Origin: a virus | Lineage: Duplodnaviria > Heunggongvirae > Uroviricota > Caudoviricetes | Virus record (IMG/VR): IMGVR_UViG_2917881069_000006 | Reading direction: 5' to 3' (one strand) | DNA: 41,465 nt | Notes under the pieces: model-generated | Told to the model about the DNA's origin: nothing | The model's input: the letters and a program-made list of their open reading frames with translations, nothing else | Databases searched by the model: none | Position numbers and translations under genes: made by a program | In this document: positions 32,649 to 41,022 of the stretch, piece by piece | Layout of the letters: every line of letters starts with the position of its first letter | Position numbering within the stretch: position 1 is the stretch's first letter

Positions 32649-32727
32649 CATTCAATATATTTGCCCCAAGCATTATATGCTGGGGCATGTAATTATATGA
32701 CCATTGATAATTCCATTTTGTAAATAT

Positions 32728-33039
32728 TTAGGTTGTCATCAATGATAGTGCGTTTACTTTTCCATACACAGCCAACACTCGTTTCATCGCGACACTCTGG
32801 CGACACTCTTGGAAAATCAGGTTCGTGCTCACCTTCCCTTCCCGTTCTTCCCTAGTAGCGAACCGGTAATACACCGTTCGCCAGACCTTACCATCAATGA
32901 CTAAGATTCCTGCCCGCGCCATTTTAGCCGCAGCCTGATTTATGCTGGTTACTGTTGCGCCTGTTAGCGCGGCAACGTCCGGCGCACAGAAGCTATTATG
33001 CGTCCCCAGGTAATGAATAATTGCCTCTTTGCCCGTCAT
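32728..33039 (-). CDS. ren: Ren protein
   Basis: MTGKEAIIHYLGTHNSFCAPDVAALTGATVTSINQAAAKMARAGILVIDGKVWRTVYYRFATREEREGK..., lambda Ren-like; ATG overlaps P stop. Confidence 0.85.
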   Translation of the reverse strand: MTGKEAIIHYLGTHNSFCAPDVAALTGATVTSINQAAAKMARAGILVIDGKVWRTVYYRFATREEREGKVSTNLIFQECRQSVAMKRVLAVYGKVNALSLMTT

Positions 33040-33737
33040 ACACATGCTCCTTTCAGTCCGAACTTAGCTTTAATTTCTGCGATCTTCGCCAGAGCCTGTG
33101 CACGATTTAGAGGTCTACCGCCCATGACAGGAAGTTGTTTTACTGGTTCAGGTATAGCCTCACCACGGTTAATTCGCGCTGTCATACAGGTCAGTTCATC
33201 GGCAGCCTTACGCCGTAATTCCGCGTCAGTCAGCGCATTGGCCCGCATGTTCTGGTACAGGTTGGTAACCAGCCAGTAGTGCGCGTTTGATTTCCACGGA
33301 TAAGACTCTGCATCCGGATACAGGCCACGCTTCCGGCAATACTCATAAACCATATCAACCAGCTCGCTGACGTTTGGCAGCCCGGCGTTAACGGACGCTT
33401 CTTCCCGGCACCAGGCGACAAACTGCCCAGGTGATGGCAGGAACGGTCGATTCTGCCGACGGGCTACGCGCATTCCTGCGTTAACCTGCTCCATCGTGGT
33501 GATCCCGTTTTCCCGGAAAGCCAGAACCCACTGGCGGCGGATTTCGTTCAGTTCGTTCTGGTCACGGTTAGCCAGGCTCGCCGGGAAAGTTGCCAGTAAC
33601 TGGCTGAATACACCGTTGATTATCTGCGCCACCTGCTGTACCTGCGGCTTTTCGTCGTACTGTTCCGGCATATTGTTGGCGATCCGGCGCATCTGCTCAC
33701 GGTCAAAATTAATCATCTGTGCGGCGATGTTTTTCAT
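33036..33737 (-). CDS. P: replication protein P (DnaB helicase loader)
   Basis: 233 aa, MKNIAAQMINFDREQMRRIANNMPEQYDEKPQVQQVAQIINGVFSQLLATF..., lambda P-like. Confidence 0.93.
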   Translation of the reverse strand: MKNIAAQMINFDREQMRRIANNMPEQYDEKPQVQQVAQIINGVFSQLLATFPASLANRDQNELNEIRRQWVLAFRENGITTMEQVNAGMRVARRQNRPFLPSPGQFVAWCREEASVNAGLPNVSELVDMVYEYCRKRGLYPDAESYPWKSNAHYWLVTNLYQNMRANALTDAELRRKAADELTCMTARINRGEAIPEPVKQLPVMGGRPLNRAQALAKIAEIKAKFGLKGACV

Positions 33738-34663
33738 AGCTCCACCCCGTAAATCCAGTCAGTGTTCGTCAGGTCGAGTTTTAGTTTGCCAGCTGTCACG
33801 CCAGCCTGCTGCTTGTTTCGGTTGATTTCGAGCTGTGTCCACTTATCGCGGAGTTTGGCCGGACACAACACGTTACCGGACCAGAAGTTGTCCTGGCATG
33901 CCCAGCGGAACAGCACGCACATGTCGCGGTGGTTACGTCCGTCACGTTCACGCATCAGGCGGATATCGTTAGCCCACCCTGCAAAATTCGGTTTTCTAGC
34001 TGATGGCGCGATGGTCTTCACCATGTCAAACATCCACTCTGCGGCGGTCAGGTCTTCTGCTGTCCCCCACTTGCTGCCGCTCTGAATTGCAGCATTCGGT
34101 TTCTCCACAGGAAGATCGTTTTCTGGCTGGTCAGAGGATTCGCCAGAATTCTCGGACGAAAAAGGTTTTATATTGTCTTTTGTTAGTTTGTCTTTTGTGT
34201 TTACCTGATTCGGGTAAACGCCTTTACCTGATTTAGGTAAACTTTTCTTACCTGATTCAGATAAATTTACCTCTTTCAGGTAAACTTTATTTTTCTTACC
34301 TGATTCGGGTAATGTTGACCATTCACTGACCACATTATTGATGCCGATATTCCGCCCGCTCTGAATTAAAATCCCACGCTTTACCAGAACACTTTTTGCA
34401 GCAGAACACTTGTGCGGCAATATCCCGGTTAACTCGGAAAGTTGCTCGTTGCTCACCCAATCCAGTTTTTTATTAAAGCCATATGTTTTGCGCATGACAG
34501 CCAGGAAGACCAGAAGCTGGTGCTGTGTTAATCCGGCCAGCATTACAACTTCCAGCAACTCATTTGCAATGCGCGTATAACCATCATCGAGATCTGCCAC
34601 GCGCGGCTCCTTTTGTGCCACATCCGGCACTGGAAAATTGAATATCTCAGCAGTGTTTGCCAT
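33734..34663 (-). CDS. O: replication initiator O (non-lambda iteron-binding N-terminal domain, lambda-like C-terminal domain)
   Basis: 309 aa from MANTAEIFNF... (RBS GGGAGGA); contains the iteron array; C-terminal part resembles the P-interacting domain of lambda O. Confidence 0.85.
   Translation of the reverse strand: MANTAEIFNFPVPDVAQKEPRVADLDDGYTRIANELLEVVMLAGLTQHQLLVFLAVMRKTYGFNKKLDWVSNEQLSELTGILPHKCSAAKSVLVKRGILIQSGRNIGINNVVSEWSTLPESGKKNKVYLKEVNLSESGKKSLPKSGKGVYPNQVNTKDKLTKDNIKPFSSENSGESSDQPENDLPVEKPNAAIQSGSKWGTAEDLTAAEWMFDMVKTIAPSARKPNFAGWANDIRLMRERDGRNHRDMCVLFRWACQDNFWSGNVLCPAKLRDKWTQLEINRNKQQAGVTAGKLKLDLTNTDWIYGVEL
34201..34314. repeat. replication origin iterons (five copies of an ~19-bp palindromic unit) with adjacent AT-rich segment
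   Basis: TTACCTGATTCGGGTAAAC, TTACCTGATTTAGGTAAAC, TTACCTGATTCAGATAAAT, TTACCTCTTTCAGGTAAAC, TTACCTGATTCGGGTAATG at 34201-34314 inside the O coding region; AT-rich stretch at 34150-34200. Confidence 0.8.
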
Positions 34664-34749
34664 AATTCCTCCCGCAATGAGTGCGTTACGATTTGCACCT
34701 GAAAGTCGGTTCTGTTCCCGCAGACCGACTTTCGCCATTTCTGAACCTG

Positions 34750-35289
34750 TCATATTGCCCCCAGCATGGTGGTAACCATCGCCATTAATGGACCAGCCAG
34801 ATCCGGGTCCACACGAAACATCGACACAATACCTTCACTCATTTCCTTCAGTTTCTGGTGGCGTGGTGCGTTGAGAATGACCGCCTGCTTTGCCTCACTG
34901 AGTTCCTTTTCCATTTCAGCCAGCCGAGCCATGAAGCTATCCTGCTCAACCAGGTGGCCGCGATATTCCAGCGGTAGTACCGCCAGAATTGCCGGGGTCA
35001 GTTCACGCACGTTATTTCGGTATTTTTCAGAATCGAATTTGTTATCGAGGAAGCGGAACAACTTCTGGCGTGCACGGCTGACATCATCAGGGAAATCGAT
35101 GGTGCCGCCGCCCAGCTCCCGATACTCATTCACAATGAGTGCGGCAACAACATCCTGATTATCTGCAGCCGACCAGGCGCGAACGGCATCACGGATTTTT
35201 TCGTGGCCTGGCGCCTGTTTTGTTTGAGAACGATTTATCACCGCAGTCGGGGTAAATCCGCTAGTCTGTTGGTATGTAATTGGTTGCAT
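34750..35289 (-). CDS. CII-like regulatory protein (phage CP76-type CII)
   Basis: 179-aa ORF in the cII position between cro-like and O, RBS AAGGA; family assignment from memory of the CP76-type CII proteins. Confidence 0.55.
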   Translation of the reverse strand: MQPITYQQTSGFTPTAVINRSQTKQAPGHEKIRDAVRAWSAADNQDVVAALIVNEYRELGGGTIDFPDDVSRARQKLFRFLDNKFDSEKYRNNVRELTPAILAVLPLEYRGHLVEQDSFMARLAEMEKELSEAKQAVILNAPRHQKLKEMSEGIVSMFRVDPDLAGPLMAMVTTMLGAI

Positions 35290-35370
35290 AATTGATTCCT
35301 TTAGTTTGAATTGACTGTTAATCAGTCTGTTAAGTTGATTGCTTATTGTTAAAGAGCGTGAAATGGAAAT

Positions 35371-35601
35371 TTAAGCTGCGTTCTTTTCGGTGTGTGGAAA
35401 CAACTTCGGAAGATCCGGGCGAATCTGGTATGCCTTCACAACTCCACCAGTAGCCGTAACAATGCTGCCGACATGTTCAGGGGATACCTTTGCTTTGTTG
35501 TGAAGCCACTTATAGACGGCCTGCTGTGAAACTTCGCAGGCATCGCCCAGTTTCTTTTGTGAACCAACTATATTGATCGCTGTTTTGATTGCTGGGTTCA
35601 T
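35371..35601 (-). CDS. Cro-like HTH regulator
   Basis: 76 aa, HTH QKKLGDACEVSQQAVYKWLH; RBS GGAGG; divergent from the CI-like gene. Confidence 0.7.
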   Translation of the reverse strand: MNPAIKTAINIVGSQKKLGDACEVSQQAVYKWLHNKAKVSPEHVGSIVTATGGVVKAYQIRPDLPKLFPHTEKNAA

Positions 35602-35705
35602 AACAACCTCCGTGGTTAATCTGAACCAAGATTAAAACTATGGTTGTTTTTAGTCAACAACCATTTTCGTTTGATGGAATAAAACCTTGGTTGTACATTT
35701 GGTCT
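35602..35705. promoter_or_regulatory. immunity-region operator/promoter segment between the cro-like and cI-like genes
   Basis: Palindromes with GTTGTT/AACAAC and TGGTT/AACCA half-sites, e.g. ATGGTTGTT-n7-AACAACCAT (35640-35664) and TGGTTAATCTGAACCA (35613-35628). Confidence 0.6.
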
Positions 35706-36395
35706 ATGAAAACAACACTCTCAGAAAGACTTAAAGAAGCCAGATCAGCGCGAGGCCTTACACAAAAGGCACTTGGGGATTTGGTTGGGGTTAGCCAGGC
35801 TGCTATTCAGAAAATCGAAACAGGGAAAGCTAACCAAACAACTAAAATCGTGGAGATCGCGAACGCTTTGGGTGTGCGCGCAGAATGGTTATCTTCTGGC
35901 ATTGGAAATATGTCAGACAGTACAGTGCAACCAATACAATCAACTCTCAGCCATTCCAAATACTTCAAGATTGACGTTCTTGATATAGAAGTCAGTGCTG
36001 GGCCGGGAGTCATCAACCGTGAGTTTGTAGAAGTTCTACGCTCGGTTGAGTACTCGTTTGACGATGCTCGTCACATGTTCGATGGTAGGAAGGCGGAAAA
36101 TATCCGCATCATTAACGTGCGTGGTGACAGCATGTCAGGAACTATCGAACCAGGTGATCTGCTGTTCGTTGATATCACTGTTAAATCTTTCGACGGTGAT
36201 GGTATCTATGCGTTTCTGTACGACGACACAGCCCATGTAAAGCGCCTGCAAATGATGAAGGATAAGCTGCTGGTCATCTCTGATAACAAAAGCTACTCAC
36301 CGTGGGACCCGATCGAGAAAGACGAGATGAACCGGGTGTTCATCTTCGGTAAGGTTATTGGGAGCATGCCGCAGACATATAGGAAGCATGGGTAG
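35706..36395 (+). CDS. CI-like repressor (HTH_XRE N-terminal domain, LexA-type S24 peptidase C-terminal domain)
   Basis: From MKTTLSERLKEARSARGLTQKALGDLVGVSQAAIQKIETGK...; C-terminal GDSM (Ser) and downstream Lys of the S24 autocleavage domain. Confidence 0.85.
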   Translation: MKTTLSERLKEARSARGLTQKALGDLVGVSQAAIQKIETGKANQTTKIVEIANALGVRAEWLSSGIGNMSDSTVQPIQSTLSHSKYFKIDVLDIEVSAGPGVINREFVEVLRSVEYSFDDARHMFDGRKAENIRIINVRGDSMSGTIEPGDLLFVDITVKSFDGDGIYAFLYDDTAHVKRLQMMKDKLLVISDNKSYSPWDPIEKDEMNRVFIFGKVIGSMPQTYRKHG

Positions 36396-36516
36396 TACCA
36401 ATTAAAAATTATCAACTGGGCATTGTGCTCATTCAGTAAAGAACTAATTCCTATCTTTGCTCTAGGTAGTAATATTAAGCCACCGCAATAATATCTTTAC
36501 CTAACGGCGTAAGAAT

Positions 36517-36544
36517 CCCGGTCACCGTGCCGGGTTTTCTTTTG
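36517..36544 (+). terminator. intrinsic terminator downstream of the cI-like gene
   Basis: Stem CCCGG-tcaccgtg-CCGGG followed by TTTTCTTTT. Confidence 0.65.
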
Positions 36545-36988
36545 CCCTCCCCTCATCACACACACCGTTAAAAAAACCACCATAACCTCGCTTCAGTTAT
36601 CGCTATGCGATTCAAGTCACAAAATAAATCCATCCTAAATACAACCAGTTATATCTAAAACAACCAATAAAACAACTTTTGTTGTTGACGATAAAACAAC
36701 TATAGTTTTAAATAAGTTCATCGCAACAACACAACGATACGGCAACCACCTGATTCACCGTTGCGATGACCGCTTAGATCCGCAGCTTGAATTTCAGCAG
36801 GCTCCGGGGAGTGCGAGGGGTGAAACGGACGCGTGAACGTCGGTGTGACCAGCTGAAATCAACTCAACACCTCATACCTCAGTCGCTTCAACAAGGCGGC
36901 TTAGTTATGACAACCGGCGGCCATCCACCGCCAGATACTGCGCAACCCCTCATTTGTTCAGCAGCCCAGCTTACGGGCAGGAGTTTTT

Positions 36989-37195
36989 ATGGTTCATCAA
37001 CATTACGGAACGCAGACCGTTAATCGCGGTGCGGTCATGCCAGGAATGCTGGTCAAACACAAAGATGGTACCTGGACAGCATCAGCTAATTTACGCGGAC
37101 GGCTTTATCTGCATCGCGGCATCGAGCGCACTTATACCCGTGACTTGCTCGTGGAAGTTTTTCTTGACGGACGCGGCAACGGCCTGAATCACTAA
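36989..37195 (+). CDS. hypothetical protein immediately upstream of gam
   Basis: 68-aa ORF with strong RBS AGGAG 5 nt before ATG (MVHQHYGTQTVNRGAVMPGMLVKHKDGTW...); no family recognised. Confidence 0.45.
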   Translation: MVHQHYGTQTVNRGAVMPGMLVKHKDGTWTASANLRGRLYLHRGIERTYTRDLLVEVFLDGRGNGLNH

Positions 37196-37270
37196 TCCCC
37201 TTTCCTGTTTTTCTAATCAGCCTGGCATTTCGCTGGCGATATTTTCACAGCCATTTTCAGGAGTTCAGCC

Positions 37271-37567
37271 ATGAACGCTTATTACATTCAGGATCGTCTT
37301 GAGGCACAGAGCTGGGTGCGTCACTACCAGCAGATCGCCCGTGAAGAGAAAGAGGCAGAACTGGCAGACGACATGGAAAAAGGTCTGCCCCAGCACCTGT
37401 TTGAATCGCTATGCATCGATCATTTGCAACGCCACGGGGTCAGCAAAAAAGCCATTACCCGTGCGTTTGATGACGATGTTGAGTTTCAGGAGCGCATGGC
37501 AGAACACATCCGGTACATGGTTGAAACCATTGCTCACCACCAGGTTGATATTGATTCAGAGGTATAA
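37271..37567 (+). CDS. gam: Gam (RecBCD inhibitor), short GamS form
   Basis: 98 aa, [47 protein letters not shown]...; the upstream in-frame extension is closed by a stop at 37214-37216. Confidence 0.9.
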   Translation: MNAYYIQDRLEAQSWVRHYQQIAREEKEAELADDMEKGLPQHLFESLCIDHLQRHGVSKKAITRAFDDDVEFQERMAEHIRYMVETIAHHQVDIDSEV

Positions 37568-37572
37568 AACGA

Positions 37573-38358
37573 ATGAGTACTGCACTCGCAACGCTGGCAG
37601 GGAAGCTGGCTGAACGTGTTGGCATGGATTCTGTCGACCCACAGGAGCTGATCACCACTCTTCGCCAGACGGCATTTAAAGGTGATGCCAGCGATGCGCA
37701 GTTCATCGCATTGCTGATCGTCGCCAACCAATACGGCCTTAATCCGTGGACGAAAGAAATTTACGCCTTCCCTGATAAGCAGAACGGCATCGTTCCGGTG
37801 GTGGGCGTTGATGGCTGGTCCCGCATCATCAACGAAAACCAGCAGTTTGACGGCATGGACTTTGAACAGGACAACGAATCCTGCACATGCCGGATTTACC
37901 GCAAAGACCGCAATCATCCGATCTGCGTTACCGAGTGGATGGATGAATGCCGCCGCGAACCATTCAAAACCCGCGAAGGCAGAGAAATCACGGGGCCGTG
38001 GCAGTCGCATCCCAAACGGATGTTACGGCATAAAGCCATGATTCAGTGTGCCCGTCTCGCCTTCGGATTTGCTGGTATCTATGACAAGGATGAAGCCGAG
38101 CGCATTGTCGAAAATACCGCATACACTGCAGAACGTCAGCCGGAACGCGACATCACTCCGGTTAACGATGAAACCATGCAGGAGATTAACACTCTGCTGA
38201 TCGCCCTGGATAAAACATGGGATGACGACTTATTGCCGCTCTGTTCCCAGATATTTCGCCGCGACATTCGCGCATCGTCAGAACTGACACAGGCCGAAGC
38301 AGTGAAAGCTCTTGGATTCCTGAAACAGAAAGCCACTGAGCAGAAGGTGGCAGCATGA
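37573..38358 (+). CDS. bet: Bet (Red-beta single-strand annealing protein)
   Basis: 261 aa, [59 protein letters not shown]..., lambda Bet-like. Confidence 0.95.
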   Translation: MSTALATLAGKLAERVGMDSVDPQELITTLRQTAFKGDASDAQFIALLIVANQYGLNPWTKEIYAFPDKQNGIVPVVGVDGWSRIINENQQFDGMDFEQDNESCTCRIYRKDRNHPICVTEWMDECRREPFKTREGREITGPWQSHPKRMLRHKAMIQCARLAFGFAGIYDKDEAERIVENTAYTAERQPERDITPVNDETMQEINTLLIALDKTWDDDLLPLCSQIFRRDIRASSELTQAEAVKALGFLKQKATEQKVAA

Positions 38359-39035
38359 CACCGGACATTATCCTGCAGCGTACCGGGATCGACGTGAGAG
38401 CTGTCGAACAGGGGGATGATGCATGGCACAAATTACGGCTCGGCGTCATCACCGCTTCAGAAGTTCACAACGTGATAGCAAAGCCCCGCACAGGAAAGAA
38501 GTGGCCTGACATGAAAATGTCCTACTTCCACACCCTGCTGGCTGAGGTTTGCACCGGTGTGGCTCCGGAAGTTAATGCTAAGGCGCTGGCATGGGGAAAA
38601 CAGTACGAGAACGACGCCAGAACTCTGTTTGAATTCACTTCCGGCGTGAATGTTACTGAATCCCCGATCATCTATCGCGACGAAAGTATGCGCACCGCCT
38701 GCTCTCCCGATGGTTTATGCAGTGACGGCAATGGCCTTGAGCTGAAATGCCCGTTTACCTCCCGGGATTTCATGAAGTTCCGGCTCGGTGGTTTCGAGGC
38801 CATAAAGTCGGCTTACATGGCCCAGGTGCAGTACAGCATGTGGGTGACACGAAAAGATGCCTGGTACTTTGCCAACTATGACCCGCGTATGAAGCGTGAA
38901 GGACTGCATTATGTCGTGGTTGAGCGGGATGAAAAGTACATGGCGAGTTTTGACGAGATGGTGCCGGAGTTCATCGAAAAAATGGACGAGGCACTGGCTG
39001 AAATTGGTTTTGTATTTGGGGAGCAATGGCGATGA
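38355..39035 (+). CDS. exo: Exo (lambda exonuclease, 5'-3' dsDNA exonuclease)
   Basis: 226 aa, [40 protein letters not shown]..., lambda Exo-like. Confidence 0.95.
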   Translation: MTPDIILQRTGIDVRAVEQGDDAWHKLRLGVITASEVHNVIAKPRTGKKWPDMKMSYFHTLLAEVCTGVAPEVNAKALAWGKQYENDARTLFEFTSGVNVTESPIIYRDESMRTACSPDGLCSDGNGLELKCPFTSRDFMKFRLGGFEAIKSAYMAQVQYSMWVTRKDAWYFANYDPRMKREGLHYVVVERDEKYMASFDEMVPEFIEKMDEALAEIGFVFGEQWR

Positions 39036-39190
39036 CGCATCCTCACGATAATATCCGGGTAGGCGCGATCACTTTCGTCTACTCCGTTACAAAGCGAGGC
39101 TGGGTATTTCCCGGCCTTTCTGTTATCAGAAATCCACTGAAAGCACAGCGGCTGGCTGAGGAGATAAATAATAAACGGGGGGCTGTATGA
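39032..39190 (+). CDS. small ORF downstream of exo (lambda orf60a-like)
   Basis: 52 aa, [56 protein letters not shown] junction with exo stop and with the methylase start. Confidence 0.5.
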   Translation: MTHPHDNIRVGAITFVYSVTKRGWVFPGLSVIRNPLKAQRLAEEINNKRGAV

Positions 39191-39744
39191 CTGATTTCAC
39201 CGGAAGCAATACTCCTGCCGAACATCGCGACAGCTGGCGCACACCACCAGAGATTTTTGCTGCGCTTAATGCAGAGTTCGTTTTTCAACTTGATGCTGCA
39301 GCCAGCGAAAAAAACCGACTATGTCGGCTTTTTATCTCACAGGAGCAGAACACATTAACCACTTCATGGCCTGAAGCAATGGGATATGCCTCTGGTTATG
39401 TCTGGTTGAATCCACCATACAGCAATATTTCCCCTTTTGTGAAAAAGGCAGCCACTGAAAACAAATTCAGTAGTGTGGGATGTGTAATGTTATTGCCTGC
39501 TGACACATCTGTCGGATGGTTTCATGAAGCGATACAAACCGCCAGTGAGGTCAGATTCATCACGGCAGGACGACTGGCATTTATTAACCCACTCACCGGG
39601 AAACCCGTCAGTGGAAATAATAAAGGCTCGATGCTCATTATCTGGCACCCATACCCCCGTACACACTGCCACTTTACGACCGTTGATCGTGGAGAGTTGA
39701 TGGCGTTCGGCTCAAGGATTCTTGCCCGTCGGGAGGCTGCATGA
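39187..39744 (+). CDS. phage DNA N6-adenine methyltransferase (Dam-like)
   Basis: 185 aa with NPPY catalytic motif (VWLNPPYSN) and upstream SAM-binding-like region. Confidence 0.8.
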   Translation: MTDFTGSNTPAEHRDSWRTPPEIFAALNAEFVFQLDAAASEKNRLCRLFISQEQNTLTTSWPEAMGYASGYVWLNPPYSNISPFVKKAATENKFSSVGCVMLLPADTSVGWFHEAIQTASEVRFITAGRLAFINPLTGKPVSGNNKGSMLIIWHPYPRTHCHFTTVDRGELMAFGSRILARREAA

Positions 39745-39824
39745 CAACCACGGAATACATTTTTCTGGCAGCGGGCTTCATATTCTGTGTGCTTATGCTT
39801 GCCGACATGGGACTTGTTCAATGA
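39741..39824 (+). CDS. 27-aa hydrophobic micro-ORF, translationally coupled
   Basis: MTTTEYIFLAAGFIFCVLMLADMGLVQ; ATG overlaps the methylase stop (ATGA) and its stop overlaps the next ATG (ATGA). Confidence 0.3.
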   Translation: MTTTEYIFLAAGFIFCVLMLADMGLVQ

Positions 39825-40036
39825 CACCTCAGCAGGAAAACGCCCTTCGCAGCATTGCCCGTCAGGCTAATTCTGAAATCAAAAAAGCCAGACAGCAGTT
39901 TCCGGATAAAAACGTCGATGACATTTGCCGTAGCGTACTGAAGAAGCACCGCGAAACGGTAACGCTGATGGGATTCACACCGACTCATTTAAGCCTGGCG
40001 ATCGGCATGTTAAACGGCGTCTTTAAGGAGCGATGA
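39821..40036 (+). CDS. hypothetical protein
   Basis: 71 aa from MTPQQENALRSIARQANSEIKKARQQFPDKN...; followed by a terminator. Confidence 0.45.
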   Translation: MTPQQENALRSIARQANSEIKKARQQFPDKNVDDICRSVLKKHRETVTLMGFTPTHLSLAIGMLNGVFKER

Positions 40037-40058
40037 ACATGAAAAGCAAAATCATCAG

Positions 40059-40079
40059 GGAGCTACAGGCTCCTTTTTT
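40059..40079 (+). terminator. intrinsic terminator
   Basis: Stem GGAGC-tacag-GCTCC followed by TTTTTT. Confidence 0.7.
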
Positions 40080-40134
40080 ATTATTCGCATTCACCCTCAA
40101 GCGTATTAACCAACAATTCAGGGATTAATGAAAG

Positions 40135-40353
40135 ATGGCAGACATCATTGATTCAGCATCAGAAATTGAAGAATTACAGCGCAATACAGCAATAAAAATG
40201 CGTCGTCTGAACCACCAGGCTATATCTGCCACTCATTGTTGTGAGTGTGGCGATCCCATAGATGAACGAAGACGCCTGGCCGTTCAGGGTTGTCGGACTT
40301 GTGCAAGTTGCCAGGAGGAGATCGAACTTAAGAACAAACAATGGGGATTGTGA
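40135..40353 (+). CDS. TraR/DksA-family C4 zinc-finger protein
   Basis: 72 aa; CCECGDPIDERRR...CRTCASC four-Cys motif. Confidence 0.75.
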   Translation: MADIIDSASEIEELQRNTAIKMRRLNHQAISATHCCECGDPIDERRRLAVQGCRTCASCQEEIELKNKQWGL

Positions 40354-40400
40354 TGGCCTCAAAGCAGCAAATTTCAACATCGTCCAACTGAGGTGTAAAA

Positions 40401-40679
40401 ATGTTCAGAATCATTTTTCCTAACACCTGGTACGTCGACCACCACGGCACTCCCTGCAAAATCCTGCGTTCTACCCACAACAAAGTTCACTACATCCGAA
40501 AAGGCAGAACATGTATCGCCAGCATGTTCCGCTTTAATCATGACTTTGAACCTGTGAATAAAGCTGATGCAGATCGGATAGCAGAAGAGATCGAAACGGC
40601 AGAACACATTAAGAAGTTACGTGACATGCGTTCAAAAAGCAGAGGTAACCATGGAATCATACAGCCTCACACTCGATGA
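40401..40679 (+). CDS. hypothetical protein
   Basis: 92-aa ORF with RBS GAGGTG; overlaps the xis-like start by 29 nt. Confidence 0.4.
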   Translation: MFRIIFPNTWYVDHHGTPCKILRSTHNKVHYIRKGRTCIASMFRFNHDFEPVNKADADRIAEEIETAEHIKKLRDMRSKSRGNHGIIQPHTR

Positions 40680-41022
40680 GGCCTGTCAGTTTCTCAAGAT
40701 ATCCAGACCTACCGCTACCAACTGGATACGAACAGGCCGCCTACAGGCAACACGCAAAGATCCCACTAAACCAAAATCTCCTTACCTCACAACACGGCAA
40801 GCCTGCATTGCGGCGCTTCAGTCTCCGCTGCATACTGTCCAGGTGAGCGCGGGTGATGGCATAACAGAGGAAAGAAAATGTCACTCTTCCGCAGAAATGA
40901 AATATGGTATGCCTCGTACTCGCTCCCGGGCGGGAAACGAATTAAGGAATCTCTTGGCACAAAGGACAAGCGGCAAGCTCAGGAGTTGCACGACAAGCGA
41001 AAAGCAGAACTCTGGCGAGTAG
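40651..41022 (+). CDS. xis: excisionase-like HTH protein (Xis/AlpA-like)
   Basis: From [36 protein letters not shown] (RBS GAGG); C-terminal extent uncertain, frame overlaps the int start by 145 nt. Confidence 0.6.
   Translation: MESYSLTLDEACQFLKISRPTATNWIRTGRLQATRKDPTKPKSPYLTTRQACIAALQSPLHTVQVSAGDGITEERKCHSSAEMKYGMPRTRSRAGNELRNLLAQRTSGKLRSCTTSEKQNSGE

Noticed and set aside
36787-37023. TTG-initiated 78-codon ORF with Arg-rich N-terminus (SRLRGVRGVKRTRERR) considered as a possible N-like antiterminator
   Set aside because: No ATG and no RBS, overlaps the well-supported 68-aa gene, and the remainder is not N-like; kept only as a hypothesis under the immunity-region finding
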